Shown piece by piece: positions 8,987 through 18,006 of a stretch of 64,000 nt of DNA (position 1 is its first letter; the number at the start of each line of letters is the position of its first letter). The notes under the pieces were generated by a model. The model was not told where the DNA came from, searched no databases, and worked only from the letters and a program-made list of their open reading frames with translations. Source of the DNA: Planctomycetota bacterium (GTDB lineage: Bacteria; Planctomycetota; SZUA-567; H5-PLA8); assembly GCA_045863855.1 (NCBI GenBank), contig BTVV01000007.1, positions 41,433-105,432 on the forward strand, given 5' to 3'. Position numbers and translations under genes: made by a program.

Positions 8987-10882
8987 TTACTGTTTGGTGA
9001 TCGGCAAGTAGCGGTAGTAGACCTCCAGGCACAGCGCGCCCATGGCTGTCATGTAGACGCGTCCGGCCATCGTGTCGTCACCGCCGCCCAGCGGATCCCA
9101 GCTTCCGTCTTCCGCGCCGCCCTTGCGCTGATTGGGCAGCAGCATGTTCTTCATCGAATCGTTCCAGCGCTTCCAGTAATCGCCGCCCATCTGGAACATC
9201 GTCAGCGTGCTGTAGTAGGTGTAGTACATGGGGAAAGTGCGATTCCCGTCCAGTCCCTTGCCCAAACCCTTGTCCCACGTGGGCAGGGTCTGGGAGAGGT
9301 ATTCCGCTCCGCCTTGCAGATCCGTGGCTTTGCGTCCCAGGAACAGATTGCAGAGCAGCCCGATGGCCGTGTTGTTCAGCGTCTCCTTGGAGCCTTTGGT
9401 GTAGGAGAAGCGCCCGCCGCTGTAGCCGTTCACCTCGCCTTTGATCTCGACGCTGTCGAAGAACTGCAACGCGCCTTCGAAGCTCCCGGCGTCCACGCTC
9501 AGTCCGGCGATTTTGGCGCTCTTGAGCTGCATGACGAACCAGCCCGAAACGGAGGTATCGGCAGCCTTGGTCTTGGCGTGGTAGCGCCAAGCCAGCTTGT
9601 CGGAACCTTCGCCGTACTGGTGGATCTCCGTGGAATAGGTGACGGCCTTCTGGGCCGCGGCCTTGGTTTCGGCGATGCGTCCCATGGCCGAAGCTTCGGC
9701 CAGCGCCAGCCCGCAGATGGCGTGGTGATAGGCATGCCCGGGGTGCCAATGTTCTTTGTAATTCGCGCCGATGGCCCCGTTGTCCTGCTGCTGCGAAATG
9801 ATCCACTTGATCGCGCGGCTGACGTTGTCCTTGTACTTGCCGACCTTCTCCGTATGCCCCGCGCCCAGGAAGGCCAGCGCCGCCAAGCCCGTCACGCCGG
9901 CGTCGACGTTGTTCTTGCCCTGATGCTTCATCGTGTCCCAGTGCCCGTCGGCTTCCTGATTCCGCGCCAGCCAGGCCAGCGCCGCGTCGACGGCCGATTC
10001 GGTCGCCACGCCGCCGCCGCCGCGCGTCGCCAGCCGGCGCCGTCCGCCGCCCAGGCGCTGCCCGAAGGCGCCGCCGCCACCGCCGCCCAGACCGATCGCC
10101 GCCACCGTGCCCACGCCGCCCAGCGGCACGTCCGATATCGCGCTCTCGTCTCCATGCGCGCTCTGCATGTCCATGTTGTTTTCCGTCTCGACGTGGTCCG
10201 AGATTTCCACCTCTTCATGGACCACCACCGGCTGATCGACCGGCGGCATGTCGGAGACTTCGGTCGGGACCGGTTTCTTGAAGATGTCGCGCGGCTTTTC
10301 CTGGTCGTATTCCTGTTCCTGCACCTTGGCCAGGTCCGTCACGATCACCACGTCGTTGGGGTTCGCGCGCATGATCGCCATGCCGATCAGGGTGAGCAGC
10401 AAGAGGAGCAGCGCATGGAACGCGCCGCTGACCATCCACCATGGCGCAGCGCCGAAGCTGTGCGAGAGGCTGTCGAAGAAGCCGCCCGGAGCGCCAACCA
10501 GTTCTTCTTCCTGCTCGTCCGGAAGGCCCAGGCCCACGCTGGAGAGCTTCTGCGCCGTCGTGTCCTGGCCTTCGGCTTCCAGGCGTGCCTTCAATTCCTG
10601 GCGGCGTTGGTGGCGCTGGCTGGCCTTGGCGTCGAAGTCGGAACTGATCTTCATGCCGCCGACCGTCTGCTGGACCATCTGCAGCATCCCCGCACGCTGC
10701 TCGAAGGCCTCGCGCAAGGCGGGATCCGATGCAAGTTGCTTCTGGACTTCGCGGAGATCCTCGGGAGACAGTCGTCCGTCGGCCGCGGCACGCGCGATCT
10801 CGTTCACGTTGTGCCTAGTGACCACCAGGGTCGCGCCGGGTTCGAGGGTGCGGATCCGGCTGCTGGGGCGTCGAATGCTCAT
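8987..10882 (-). CDS. Prenyltransferase/squalene-cyclase-type (alpha/alpha)6 barrel protein with N-terminal anti-sigma-like region and TM helix
   Basis: QW-like repeats (ALAWLARNQEADGHW, IKWIISQQQDNGAI, NQRKGGAEDGSW); TM helix WWMVSGAFHALLLLLL; Gly-rich linker. Confidence 0.8.
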   Translation of the reverse strand: MSIRRPSSRIRTLEPGATLVVTRHNVNEIARAAADGRLSPEDLREVQKQLASDPALREAFEQRAGMLQMVQQTVGGMKISSDFDAKASQRHQRRQELKARLEAEGQDTTAQKLSSVGLGLPDEQEEELVGAPGGFFDSLSHSFGAAPWWMVSGAFHALLLLLLTLIGMAIMRANPNDVVIVTDLAKVQEQEYDQEKPRDIFKKPVPTEVSDMPPVDQPVVVHEEVEISDHVETENNMDMQSAHGDESAISDVPLGGVGTVAAIGLGGGGGGAFGQRLGGGRRRLATRGGGGVATESAVDAALAWLARNQEADGHWDTMKHQGKNNVDAGVTGLAALAFLGAGHTEKVGKYKDNVSRAIKWIISQQQDNGAIGANYKEHWHPGHAYHHAICGLALAEASAMGRIAETKAAAQKAVTYSTEIHQYGEGSDKLAWRYHAKTKAADTSVSGWFVMQLKSAKIAGLSVDAGSFEGALQFFDSVEIKGEVNGYSGGRFSYTKGSKETLNNTAIGLLCNLFLGRKATDLQGGAEYLSQTLPTWDKGLGKGLDGNRTFPMYYTYYSTLTMFQMGGDYWKRWNDSMKNMLLPNQRKGGAEDGSWDPLGGGDDTMAGRVYMTAMGALCLEVYYRYLPITKQ

Positions 10883-11502
10883 GGGGAAACCTCCGGGGTC
10901 AGCGGCGCATGGGCCGCGGTGTCCCCGGACGGGCGCGCGTACTTGCGCAGCTTCCGCGCCAGCAGGTCGTCGGCCCGCGCCAGACGGCTCTTGACCGTGC
11001 CCAAAGGCAGGTCCAGCACCGTGCCGAGTTCCTCGTAGGAGAGCCCTTCCCAGTACCGCAAAACTACGATCTCGCGGAACTCGTCGGGCAGGGTGTCGAT
11101 GGCCCGCGCGACGATCTCGCGCAAGTCCACCTGAGAATACCCGCCCGAAACGGGCTCGCCCACGCCCGGCTGCTGGCGTGCGGCTTCGTCCTGCTGCGCG
11201 CGGCGCTTACGGCGGCGCAGCACGTCCAGGGTGTTGCGACGGTTAATCTGCCGGAGCCAATGGCCCAGCCGCTGCGCGTCCTGGAGCGTGTGCAACTCCT
11301 GGAACGCTTCGCACAGCGACTCCTGGGCGACATCCTCCGCGTCGGGTTGGTTGCCCAGGATCGCAAACGCCTGGTTCACCAAGTCCGCGCGAAATCGTTC
11401 GACCAGTTGCCAGAAATGCTCCGCAGGCAACGCATGCGATCCGGCGCCGTGAGCGACCCGGTGCCGAACCAACGCTTGAATCATCGCGTCCGTCGTGGCC
11501 AT
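10879..11502 (-). CDS. ECF sigma-70 family factor
   Basis: Region 2 DAEDVAQE and region 4 LSYEELGTVLDLPLGTVKSRLARA. Start chosen at MATTDA and uncertain. Confidence 0.88.
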   Translation of the reverse strand: MATTDAMIQALVRHRVAHGAGSHALPAEHFWQLVERFRADLVNQAFAILGNQPDAEDVAQESLCEAFQELHTLQDAQRLGHWLRQINRRNTLDVLRRRKRRAQQDEAARQQPGVGEPVSGGYSQVDLREIVARAIDTLPDEFREIVVLRYWEGLSYEELGTVLDLPLGTVKSRLARADDLLARKLRKYARPSGDTAAHAPLTPEVSP

Positions 11503-11748
11503 GCCTGCCCCCGTCCACCCCAGAGGGCGACCCGAGTGGGGAAAAGGTTCCCTGCTTTTCAGTATATTTCTTTGCACATCGTGCGCAATCGCTAAGCCGC
11601 ATAAACCCAGCCAAGTAATTGGCGTGGCCAAGTACGTAGGCCACACTCTTTACATGCGCTTACCGAGTTCATGCACCGATTGCATGGCCTTGAAGCACGC
11701 GGACTTACAGAAGATTGGGGTATCGTGACAGATCAGGAGATCACACCC

Positions 11749-12498
11749 ATGCCCAAGCCCCAAGTGGCCTGTCAGTTGATCGTCTTTCGCGAGCGCTTGC
11801 CGGCCGAGATGGAAAGCGTGCTGAAGGACGTCAAGGACGCCGGGTACGCGGGCGTCGAGTACGGACTTCCCGAAGACCCGGACGTGCTCAGGAGATTCGA
11901 GGCCGCGCTGAACGAACAGCGCTTGGCGCTCTCGGGCAGCCACATGAGCTACTACAAGCTCGATCAGTTCGAGGCGCATCTGGCTTACTTGAAGCGCCAC
12001 GGCTCGAACCTGTTGATGATTTCCACTACAGGCGACCGCAAAGACGGAGCGGCTTCGTACCGCCGCGCGGTGAAGGAACTGAACGTCCGGGGGCGGCAAG
12101 CTGCCGACGCGGGCGTGCGTTTCTGCTACCACAACCACTCCTGGGAGTTCAAAGAAGTATTCGACGGCGTCAGCGGCATGGACATCCTGCTCCAGGAGAC
12201 CGACCCGCGATACGTTCACTTCTGCTTCGATACCTACTGGCTGGCCGACGGAGGCGTGGACGTCGTCGAGTACCTGCGCACCTACCGGGAGCGAATCGGC
12301 TGCCTGCATCTAAAAGACCGCAAGGCCGGAACCTTCACCGAAGTGGGGGCAGGAGAGATCGACTGGCCGGGCGTGTTCAGGGCCATCGAGCCGCTGAATC
12401 TGCCTTGGGTCGTCACCGAAAAGGACCGGACCGAGACCGATCCGGCGCTAAGCGCCCGGCAAAGCCGGGCCTACCTGCAGACCGCCGTCGGCGTCTGA
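11749..12498 (+). CDS. Sugar phosphate isomerase/epimerase (xylose isomerase-like TIM barrel)
   Basis: GYAGVE, YHNHSWEF, DTYW, HLKD and EVGAGEID motifs; AGGAGA RBS. Confidence 0.88.
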   Translation: MPKPQVACQLIVFRERLPAEMESVLKDVKDAGYAGVEYGLPEDPDVLRRFEAALNEQRLALSGSHMSYYKLDQFEAHLAYLKRHGSNLLMISTTGDRKDGAASYRRAVKELNVRGRQAADAGVRFCYHNHSWEFKEVFDGVSGMDILLQETDPRYVHFCFDTYWLADGGVDVVEYLRTYRERIGCLHLKDRKAGTFTEVGAGEIDWPGVFRAIEPLNLPWVVTEKDRTETDPALSARQSRAYLQTAVGV

Positions 12499-12523
12499 CC
12501 CCCATTCAGGAAGAAACGCAGCC

Positions 12524-13504
12524 ATGCTACGAATAGGAATCCTTGGCGCCGGAAAGCGGGCGCACGGCCACCTGCAGATGCTCAAGCCGCTGGCGCAAGC
12601 CGGCCGCTGCCAACTCAGCGCCGTCTGGGACCCGGTGGTCCCGGCGCGGGAGGAACTGGCGCGCGATTGCGGCGCTCAGGCGGTCGGCAGCCTGGAAGAT
12701 CTCCTAAAGGCAAGCGATGCGGTCATCGTAATCAGCCCCAATCGCTTTCACGTCGAGCAATCCATCGCTTGCCTGGAAGCCGGTAAGCACGTGTACTGCG
12801 AAAAGCCCTTGGCTTTGACGGTTGCCGATGCCGACCGAGTGGTCGCCGCGGTGGAACGAACGCGGCAGCTCTTCATGACTGGGTTTTCGATTCGCTGGAG
12901 CCCCGTAGCGTGGCATATGCGCCGCCTGCTGGACGAAGGCCGGCTTGGGAAGCTGCTGGCCGTCACCAGCCGCCGCATCGCCGGTCGCAAGGCGGGCGAC
13001 GAGATACACCAGAGCGGCTGGCGCGCGGATGCTGCCCAAACCGGCGGAGTGCTGGCCGAGATCCTTGCGCACGAACTGGATTGGCTGCGCTGGGTGGGTG
13101 GGGAGGTGGTCAACGTGACGGCGCGGACCTTTACCTATCAATCCGAGGCGCCCCCCGCGAACGATCATATCGTCGCACAGATCCACTTTGCCAATGGGGG
13201 CGTGGGTACGTTAGAAGGGGGGTGGCGGGCCTTCGAATCGGAGTACTTCAAATCGATCTTCGGATCACAAGGTGCAGCCATAACTCGGGATTGGCAGCGC
13301 GAACTTTGGGTACGCGCGGCTCATGAGGCGCAGTCGGCGAAGCTCGAATTAACCCCACCGCCAAGCAGCGACGAGATCTTTATCGAGGCCATTGAGAAGG
13401 GGCAGCAGCCGCCATCGGATGTTCACGACGGTCGCGCCATCGTCGCATTGACCGAAGCCGTGCACGTCTCGGCGATAGAAGGGCGAAGTATTTCAATCAA
13501 ATAA
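12524..13504 (+). CDS. Gfo/Idh/MocA family oxidoreductase
   Basis: GILGAG, GKHVYCEKP and HELD motifs. Confidence 0.9.
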   Translation: MLRIGILGAGKRAHGHLQMLKPLAQAGRCQLSAVWDPVVPAREELARDCGAQAVGSLEDLLKASDAVIVISPNRFHVEQSIACLEAGKHVYCEKPLALTVADADRVVAAVERTRQLFMTGFSIRWSPVAWHMRRLLDEGRLGKLLAVTSRRIAGRKAGDEIHQSGWRADAAQTGGVLAEILAHELDWLRWVGGEVVNVTARTFTYQSEAPPANDHIVAQIHFANGGVGTLEGGWRAFESEYFKSIFGSQGAAITRDWQRELWVRAAHEAQSAKLELTPPPSSDEIFIEAIEKGQQPPSDVHDGRAIVALTEAVHVSAIEGRSISIK

Positions 13505-13572
13505 AGATTCAATCATAAGCGACCCATTCAATAGATCCACCTAGCACCCTTAATTCATATAAAAATAAAATA

Positions 13573-13630
13573 ATAAAATTACTATCTACATAAGTTATTA
13601 CATAAAATAAACTTATGATATTAATTTTAT
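13573..13630. promoter_or_regulatory. Very AT-rich imperfect inverted repeat in an intergenic region
   Basis: Left arm ATAAAATTACTATCTACATAAGTTATT pairs with right arm AATAAACTTATGATATTAATTTTAT. Confidence 0.5.
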
Positions 13631-13863
13631 AGTCAACCTAGGTACATATTTAATTAAAAGCTCGTTAAGCAACCCCGTTATCACTTCAGCTTAGAGTTTC
13701 GTCTCGCCTCCAAAACCTGCAAAGGGGACCATTGAATCCCCTGCCAATGAATTCAATTCCCTCGGAATCTTCATGAAATACCTCGGGCACGCACCGGAAT
13801 ATCGAAACGCCGAAGCAGTGCGTTTGGCTCGGCGGGCGGAAAGGCAGGAGGTACCATACCGCC

Positions 13864-15114
13864 ATGTGCGCCCAGCCCATCCCGGCCAAGAAGCCTGCCC
13901 AAGGCGGCAACGGCTGCCTCTTGGTGTTTGGCCTTATCTTTCTAACGGCGGGGATCATCGTCAGCTTCGCTGCCGTCGGCATGGTCCATAAGGGTTACCG
14001 CGCCCATACCGCTTATCTCCCGGCTCAGGCCGTCATCCTCGATAAGCAGTTGATCGAGAACTCGGACAGCGACGGAACCACCTACCGGGCCGAGTTTACG
14101 TTCACGTTTCGAGTCGCTCCCGGGGCCGCGGAAGCCGGCGGCGACGGCATTCCGTACACCGTCAAAGGCTACGACGGGATGAAGACCTCCAGCAGCGGCC
14201 GCAGCAGCCATCAGGAGATTCTGGACGCCTACCAAGTCGGGCAGACCTACCCCTGCTGGTACGATCCCGACGATCCCAACCAGGCGGTGCTGGTAAAGCC
14301 CAGCCAATGGAACCTGCTTTGGCTTCTGTTTCCCGTCCCCTTCGTGGGCTTTGGGCTCTTTGCCGCGAGCATCGCGATCCGGAATTGGGCGCGCCGAGGC
14401 GAGCCGGACACGCCGCCGACGCCGGTCGCAGCCGCAGTTCCTAAGCCCGCTGCGGTTTCGGCCGCGTACGGGGCGGGGGACCTGAATGCCGAGCAGGGAT
14501 CCAAGTTGCCCCATCGGCTCAAGAGCGACACGGCCGAAAAGGCTGCCGCCATCGGGTTGGGCTGCTTCGGTCTGATCTGGACCGCCGTTTCTGGAACGAT
14601 GTGGGTCGCATCGCTGAGCGGCGGAGATTGGTTGGGATTGATCTTCCTCAGTCTGTTCGTACTGTTGGGCCTCGGTATTCTGGGCGCCGCCGTCTGGCAG
14701 GGACTGATCGGCTGGGGAGTAGGGGTCACGACCGTGGAAGTCAGCACTCTCGATGTAGCGCCAGGGGATGCCTTCCAGGTAATCGTCAGCCAGAGCGGGC
14801 GGGCGCTCCAAGTCAACCACCTGGCCGTGTACTTGGTCTGCGAGGAAAAAGCGACCTATCGCCAGGGCACCGATACCCGGACGGCTACCGAAGTGGTGCT
14901 AAACGAACTTCAAACCGAACGCTCGGATTTCGTGGTTAGCCAGGGGCAGCCGGAGGAGCTGACCGCCACCGTCACCGTACCGGCCGGCGCGATGCACAGT
15001 TTCGAAGCGGACAAGAACAAGATTGTCTGGAAACTCAGCGTCAAAGGCGACATCGAACGCTGGCCGGACTTTAAGCGCGAATTTCCGTTCCGCGTGGTGG
15101 CACGCGCAAACTGA
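13864..15114 (+). CDS. DUF3592-domain membrane protein with C-terminal beta-sandwich
   Basis: TM, then SDSDGTTY...YQVGQTYPCWYDPDDPNQAVL, then TM (DUF3592 pattern); further TM pair; AGGAGG RBS. Confidence 0.8.
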   Translation: MCAQPIPAKKPAQGGNGCLLVFGLIFLTAGIIVSFAAVGMVHKGYRAHTAYLPAQAVILDKQLIENSDSDGTTYRAEFTFTFRVAPGAAEAGGDGIPYTVKGYDGMKTSSSGRSSHQEILDAYQVGQTYPCWYDPDDPNQAVLVKPSQWNLLWLLFPVPFVGFGLFAASIAIRNWARRGEPDTPPTPVAAAVPKPAAVSAAYGAGDLNAEQGSKLPHRLKSDTAEKAAAIGLGCFGLIWTAVSGTMWVASLSGGDWLGLIFLSLFVLLGLGILGAAVWQGLIGWGVGVTTVEVSTLDVAPGDAFQVIVSQSGRALQVNHLAVYLVCEEKATYRQGTDTRTATEVVLNELQTERSDFVVSQGQPEELTATVTVPAGAMHSFEADKNKIVWKLSVKGDIERWPDFKREFPFRVVARAN

Positions 15115-15124
15115 GGAGCCGCTG

Positions 15125-15538
15125 ATGGATCCCGCCAGCCAAATCGAGATCCTGCTCGACGACCGCGATCTGATCCTTCATCCCGGTGCAACCTTGCGCG
15201 GGGGCTGGCGCTTCAACAGCGCCGAATCGCTCGCCGTGCGCAAAGCCGAGGTCTTCGTCCTCTGGTTTACCGAGGGCAAGGGGGATACCGACGAGGGTAC
15301 CGTCTGGAAGCGGACCAGCGTGGAGGCCGGCTCGCTCAATGCCGGACGCGCGTTCCCGTTCGAACTCCAACTCCCGGCGGGACCGTGGACCTACGACGGC
15401 CGGATCGTCAAAATCCGCTGGGCGGTGCGCGTCTTCGTCACGCCCGAAAAGGGTCAGCCGTTCGCCGCCGAAGAACGCTTCCAGTTGCGGCCCGCAGGCT
15501 ATACACGCCCGGCGGAGCCGGCGGCGGAAACCGCATAG
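15125..15538 (+). CDS. Hypothetical protein, arrestin/SpoOM-like beta-sandwich
   Basis: LWFTEGKGDTD...FPFELQLPAGPWTYDGRIVKIRW; GAGGAG RBS; resembles the C-terminus of the upstream gene. Confidence 0.7.
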   Translation: MDPASQIEILLDDRDLILHPGATLRGGWRFNSAESLAVRKAEVFVLWFTEGKGDTDEGTVWKRTSVEAGSLNAGRAFPFELQLPAGPWTYDGRIVKIRWAVRVFVTPEKGQPFAAEERFQLRPAGYTRPAEPAAETA

Positions 15539-15541
15539 CCC

Positions 15542-16225
15542 ATGACCACGCGCATGGGCGCTCCGGCCAATCCGTTCTGTACGCGCTATCACGCGCCTGG
15601 GAGCTTGGCGTTCGTCTTCGAACCGGCCCGTGGCGCCGCGTCGGCTGCCGAGTGCTACGCGCGCTTTCGATCCGCTGGATTCCGCGGCGAGATCGCAGGA
15701 CCGCACGGAACCGGCAAAACCACGTTACTGCGAGCTCTGGAAGCCCAACTGAAAGCCTACGGGCATCCCACGGTCGCGGTGATGCTCCAATCCGACCGCC
15801 GGCGGATGCCCGTTGGCTGGGATCGTAGCCCGGTCGAGGCTGGGGCCTTCAGGCCCGGATCGCGCACGGTCTTATTCCTCGACGGCGCCGAACAGCTTTC
15901 GCGGTTCGATTGGTGGCGGGTCTGCTGGCGCGTCCGATCCCTAGGCTGGGGTCTTCTGGCGACCACGCATCATTCCCAGAGACTACCGGTGCTGTACCGA
16001 ACGTCCGTGGAACCGGCGTTGGCCCAGAATCTGGTGGCCACGATCCTGGCTCAGAACCCAAACTTGCCGCGTCTGGTCGATCCGTCCGAAGCCGTGCCCG
16101 TGCTTGAGCGCTCCACCGGCGACCTTCGCGAAACCATCTTTCGGCTGTACGACCTCTACGAAGCCCGTTGGCGCGATACCCAGGCCCGACCTTCCGCCGC
16201 CGCCCAGACCGGAACCCAAGGCTGA
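15542..16225 (+). CDS. P-loop ATPase of unknown function
   Basis: N-terminal NPF, Walker A GPHGTGKTT and Walker B LFLDGAEQ. Confidence 0.75.
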   Translation: MTTRMGAPANPFCTRYHAPGSLAFVFEPARGAASAAECYARFRSAGFRGEIAGPHGTGKTTLLRALEAQLKAYGHPTVAVMLQSDRRRMPVGWDRSPVEAGAFRPGSRTVLFLDGAEQLSRFDWWRVCWRVRSLGWGLLATTHHSQRLPVLYRTSVEPALAQNLVATILAQNPNLPRLVDPSEAVPVLERSTGDLRETIFRLYDLYEARWRDTQARPSAAAQTGTQG

Positions 16226-16340
16226 ACGTCTCCAACGGCGGCCCTACCCGGGCTTCCCCCGGGCACAACATTACATAACGTAGATTATCGGACGTTGATT
16301 GCAGGACTTTTTCGCGCCAACCAAGCCGCCGCAACTGCAG

Positions 16341-16853
16341 TTAGCGAGCTTCGAGCAGATCCAAATACGCGCCTTCGATCAGGTCGGAACTTTGAATCTC
16401 CAGCTTGGCCATCAGGGCTTCGGCGATGCGCTGGCCATCGGCGGTTGATTGGCCGGGCGTCAAAACCACTTCCAGCTCCATAAAGTCGCCCAGTTCTTCG
16501 ACGCGATCCAGATGCACGCGGGTCTGGCCCACCAAGACCAAGGTCCGCTCTTTCTTGACGATCCCCCGCAAGCCCAAAGCCATGCGCAGCGTTTCTTGCA
16601 GCTTGCGGGGTTCCAGCGTCGGAGCGATACGGTAATCCGACAGCTTGGGACCGGCCAGATCCGGCCGCTCGTAGTAAATCAGTTCGCCCGAACCTTCATC
16701 GAAAACCCGTAGCTTCAGGCGTCCACTCGGCGTTCGAAAAAAGACGTCTTCCTGGCCGATCACGCGAACGGGCTCGGTCGCCAGGGCTACTGCGCGCGCT
16801 TGCACCCCCGCCCGATCCCGCAGCCGGGCTTTAATTTCGACGTTCGAAGGCAT
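16341..16853 (-). CDS. CYTH-domain protein (class IV adenylate cyclase/CyaB-like)
   Basis: NVEIKAR, RLKLR, LGDFMELEVV and YLDLL motifs. Confidence 0.9.
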   Translation of the reverse strand: MPSNVEIKARLRDRAGVQARAVALATEPVRVIGQEDVFFRTPSGRLKLRVFDEGSGELIYYERPDLAGPKLSDYRIAPTLEPRKLQETLRMALGLRGIVKKERTLVLVGQTRVHLDRVEELGDFMELEVVLTPGQSTADGQRIAEALMAKLEIQSSDLIEGAYLDLLEAR

Positions 16854-16856
16854 GCC

Positions 16857-17999
16857 TTACTCCCGGCATTCCGGCGCCGCACGATTGGCCTGTTCGGCCA
16901 CGTACTGCACATCGGCTTCGGTCATCTGCGGATACATCGGCAGCGTGACGCAACTCGCCGAGAGCCGCTCGGTGACGCTCAGACCGCCGCGCGAATGCTT
17001 GGCCTCGGCGTAATACGGCTGCGTGTGCACCGGCGGATCGAAATGGACCGAAGCGCCGATGCCTGCCTGCTTCAGCTTGGCCAGGAACCTCGTCCGGTCC
17101 AGGCCGCGCGTCTTGACCACGTACATCTGATACACGTGGGTGCAGCCGGACCGCTCCACGGGCAGGTCGAACCACTCGCGATTCAGGGCCGCGTCGTAGG
17201 CTTTGGCGTGCACGCGCCGCGCGGCGTTCATCCCGGCAAGCTTATCCATCTGCTTCGCGCCTAAGGCCGCGAGCACGTTACTGAGCCTGAAATTGTAGCC
17301 CGCGAACGTCGCCGCACGCAGCCACGGGCGTTCTTTCTTTTCGCGCGCCAGCGTCGTCGATTCGATGCCGTGCCCGACCAGCGCGCGGACCTTCGCCGCC
17401 AGCGCGGCGTCGCGCGTCGTCAGCATACCGCCTTCGCCGGTGGTGAGGTTCTTCGTGGGGAAAAACGAAAAACAACCGGTCCCCCACCCGCCGGTCCGGA
17501 CACCATCCTGCGCCGCGCCGATCGCTTCGGCCGAATCTTCGATCAAAAGCAGGTTGTGCCGCGCCGCGATCTCGCCGAGTCGCCGCATATCGGCCACATG
17601 CCCGGCATAGTGGACCGCCATCAACGCTTCGGTGCGCGGCGTGATCGCCGCCTCGACCGCGGCGGGATCCAGGTTGCCGGTCTGGTATTCCACGTCTGCG
17701 AAGACCGGCGTCGCGCCCGCGGTGACGATCGCATTGGCGCTGGCCACGAACGTGAAGCTCGGAACGATCACCTCGCCCTTGATGCCCTGCGCCACCAAGG
17801 ACAGAAAAAGCGCGGACGTGCAGGAGTTCATGCAGACGGCATGCGGCAGGCCCAGAAACGCCGCGAACTTCGCTTCGAATTCGTGGTTCATCGGCCCGTG
17901 CGCGAGCCATCCGGACTTCAGCACTTCCGTGACGGCATCGAGTTCGGCCGCGTCGAGATTCGGGATGCAAAGCGGAACGTGGCGCGGAGCATCGGACAT
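16857..17999 (-). CDS. DegT/DnrJ/EryC1/StrS PLP-dependent sugar aminotransferase
   Basis: SGWLAHGP, EDSAEAIG and FSFFPTKNLTTGEGG motifs. Confidence 0.92.
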   Translation of the reverse strand: MSDAPRHVPLCIPNLDAAELDAVTEVLKSGWLAHGPMNHEFEAKFAAFLGLPHAVCMNSCTSALFLSLVAQGIKGEVIVPSFTFVASANAIVTAGATPVFADVEYQTGNLDPAAVEAAITPRTEALMAVHYAGHVADMRRLGEIAARHNLLLIEDSAEAIGAAQDGVRTGGWGTGCFSFFPTKNLTTGEGGMLTTRDAALAAKVRALVGHGIESTTLAREKKERPWLRAATFAGYNFRLSNVLAALGAKQMDKLAGMNAARRVHAKAYDAALNREWFDLPVERSGCTHVYQMYVVKTRGLDRTRFLAKLKQAGIGASVHFDPPVHTQPYYAEAKHSRGGLSVTERLSASCVTLPMYPQMTEADVQYVAEQANRAAPECRE

Positions 18000-18006
18000 G
18001 GCCGGT

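Noticed and set aside
13577..13625. Possible dif (XerC/D) site or oriC unwinding element in the AT-rich island
   Set aside because: ATAA/TTATG arms are not spaced by 6 bp, there is no good TTATGTTAAAT arm, and I saw no TTATCCACA boxes.
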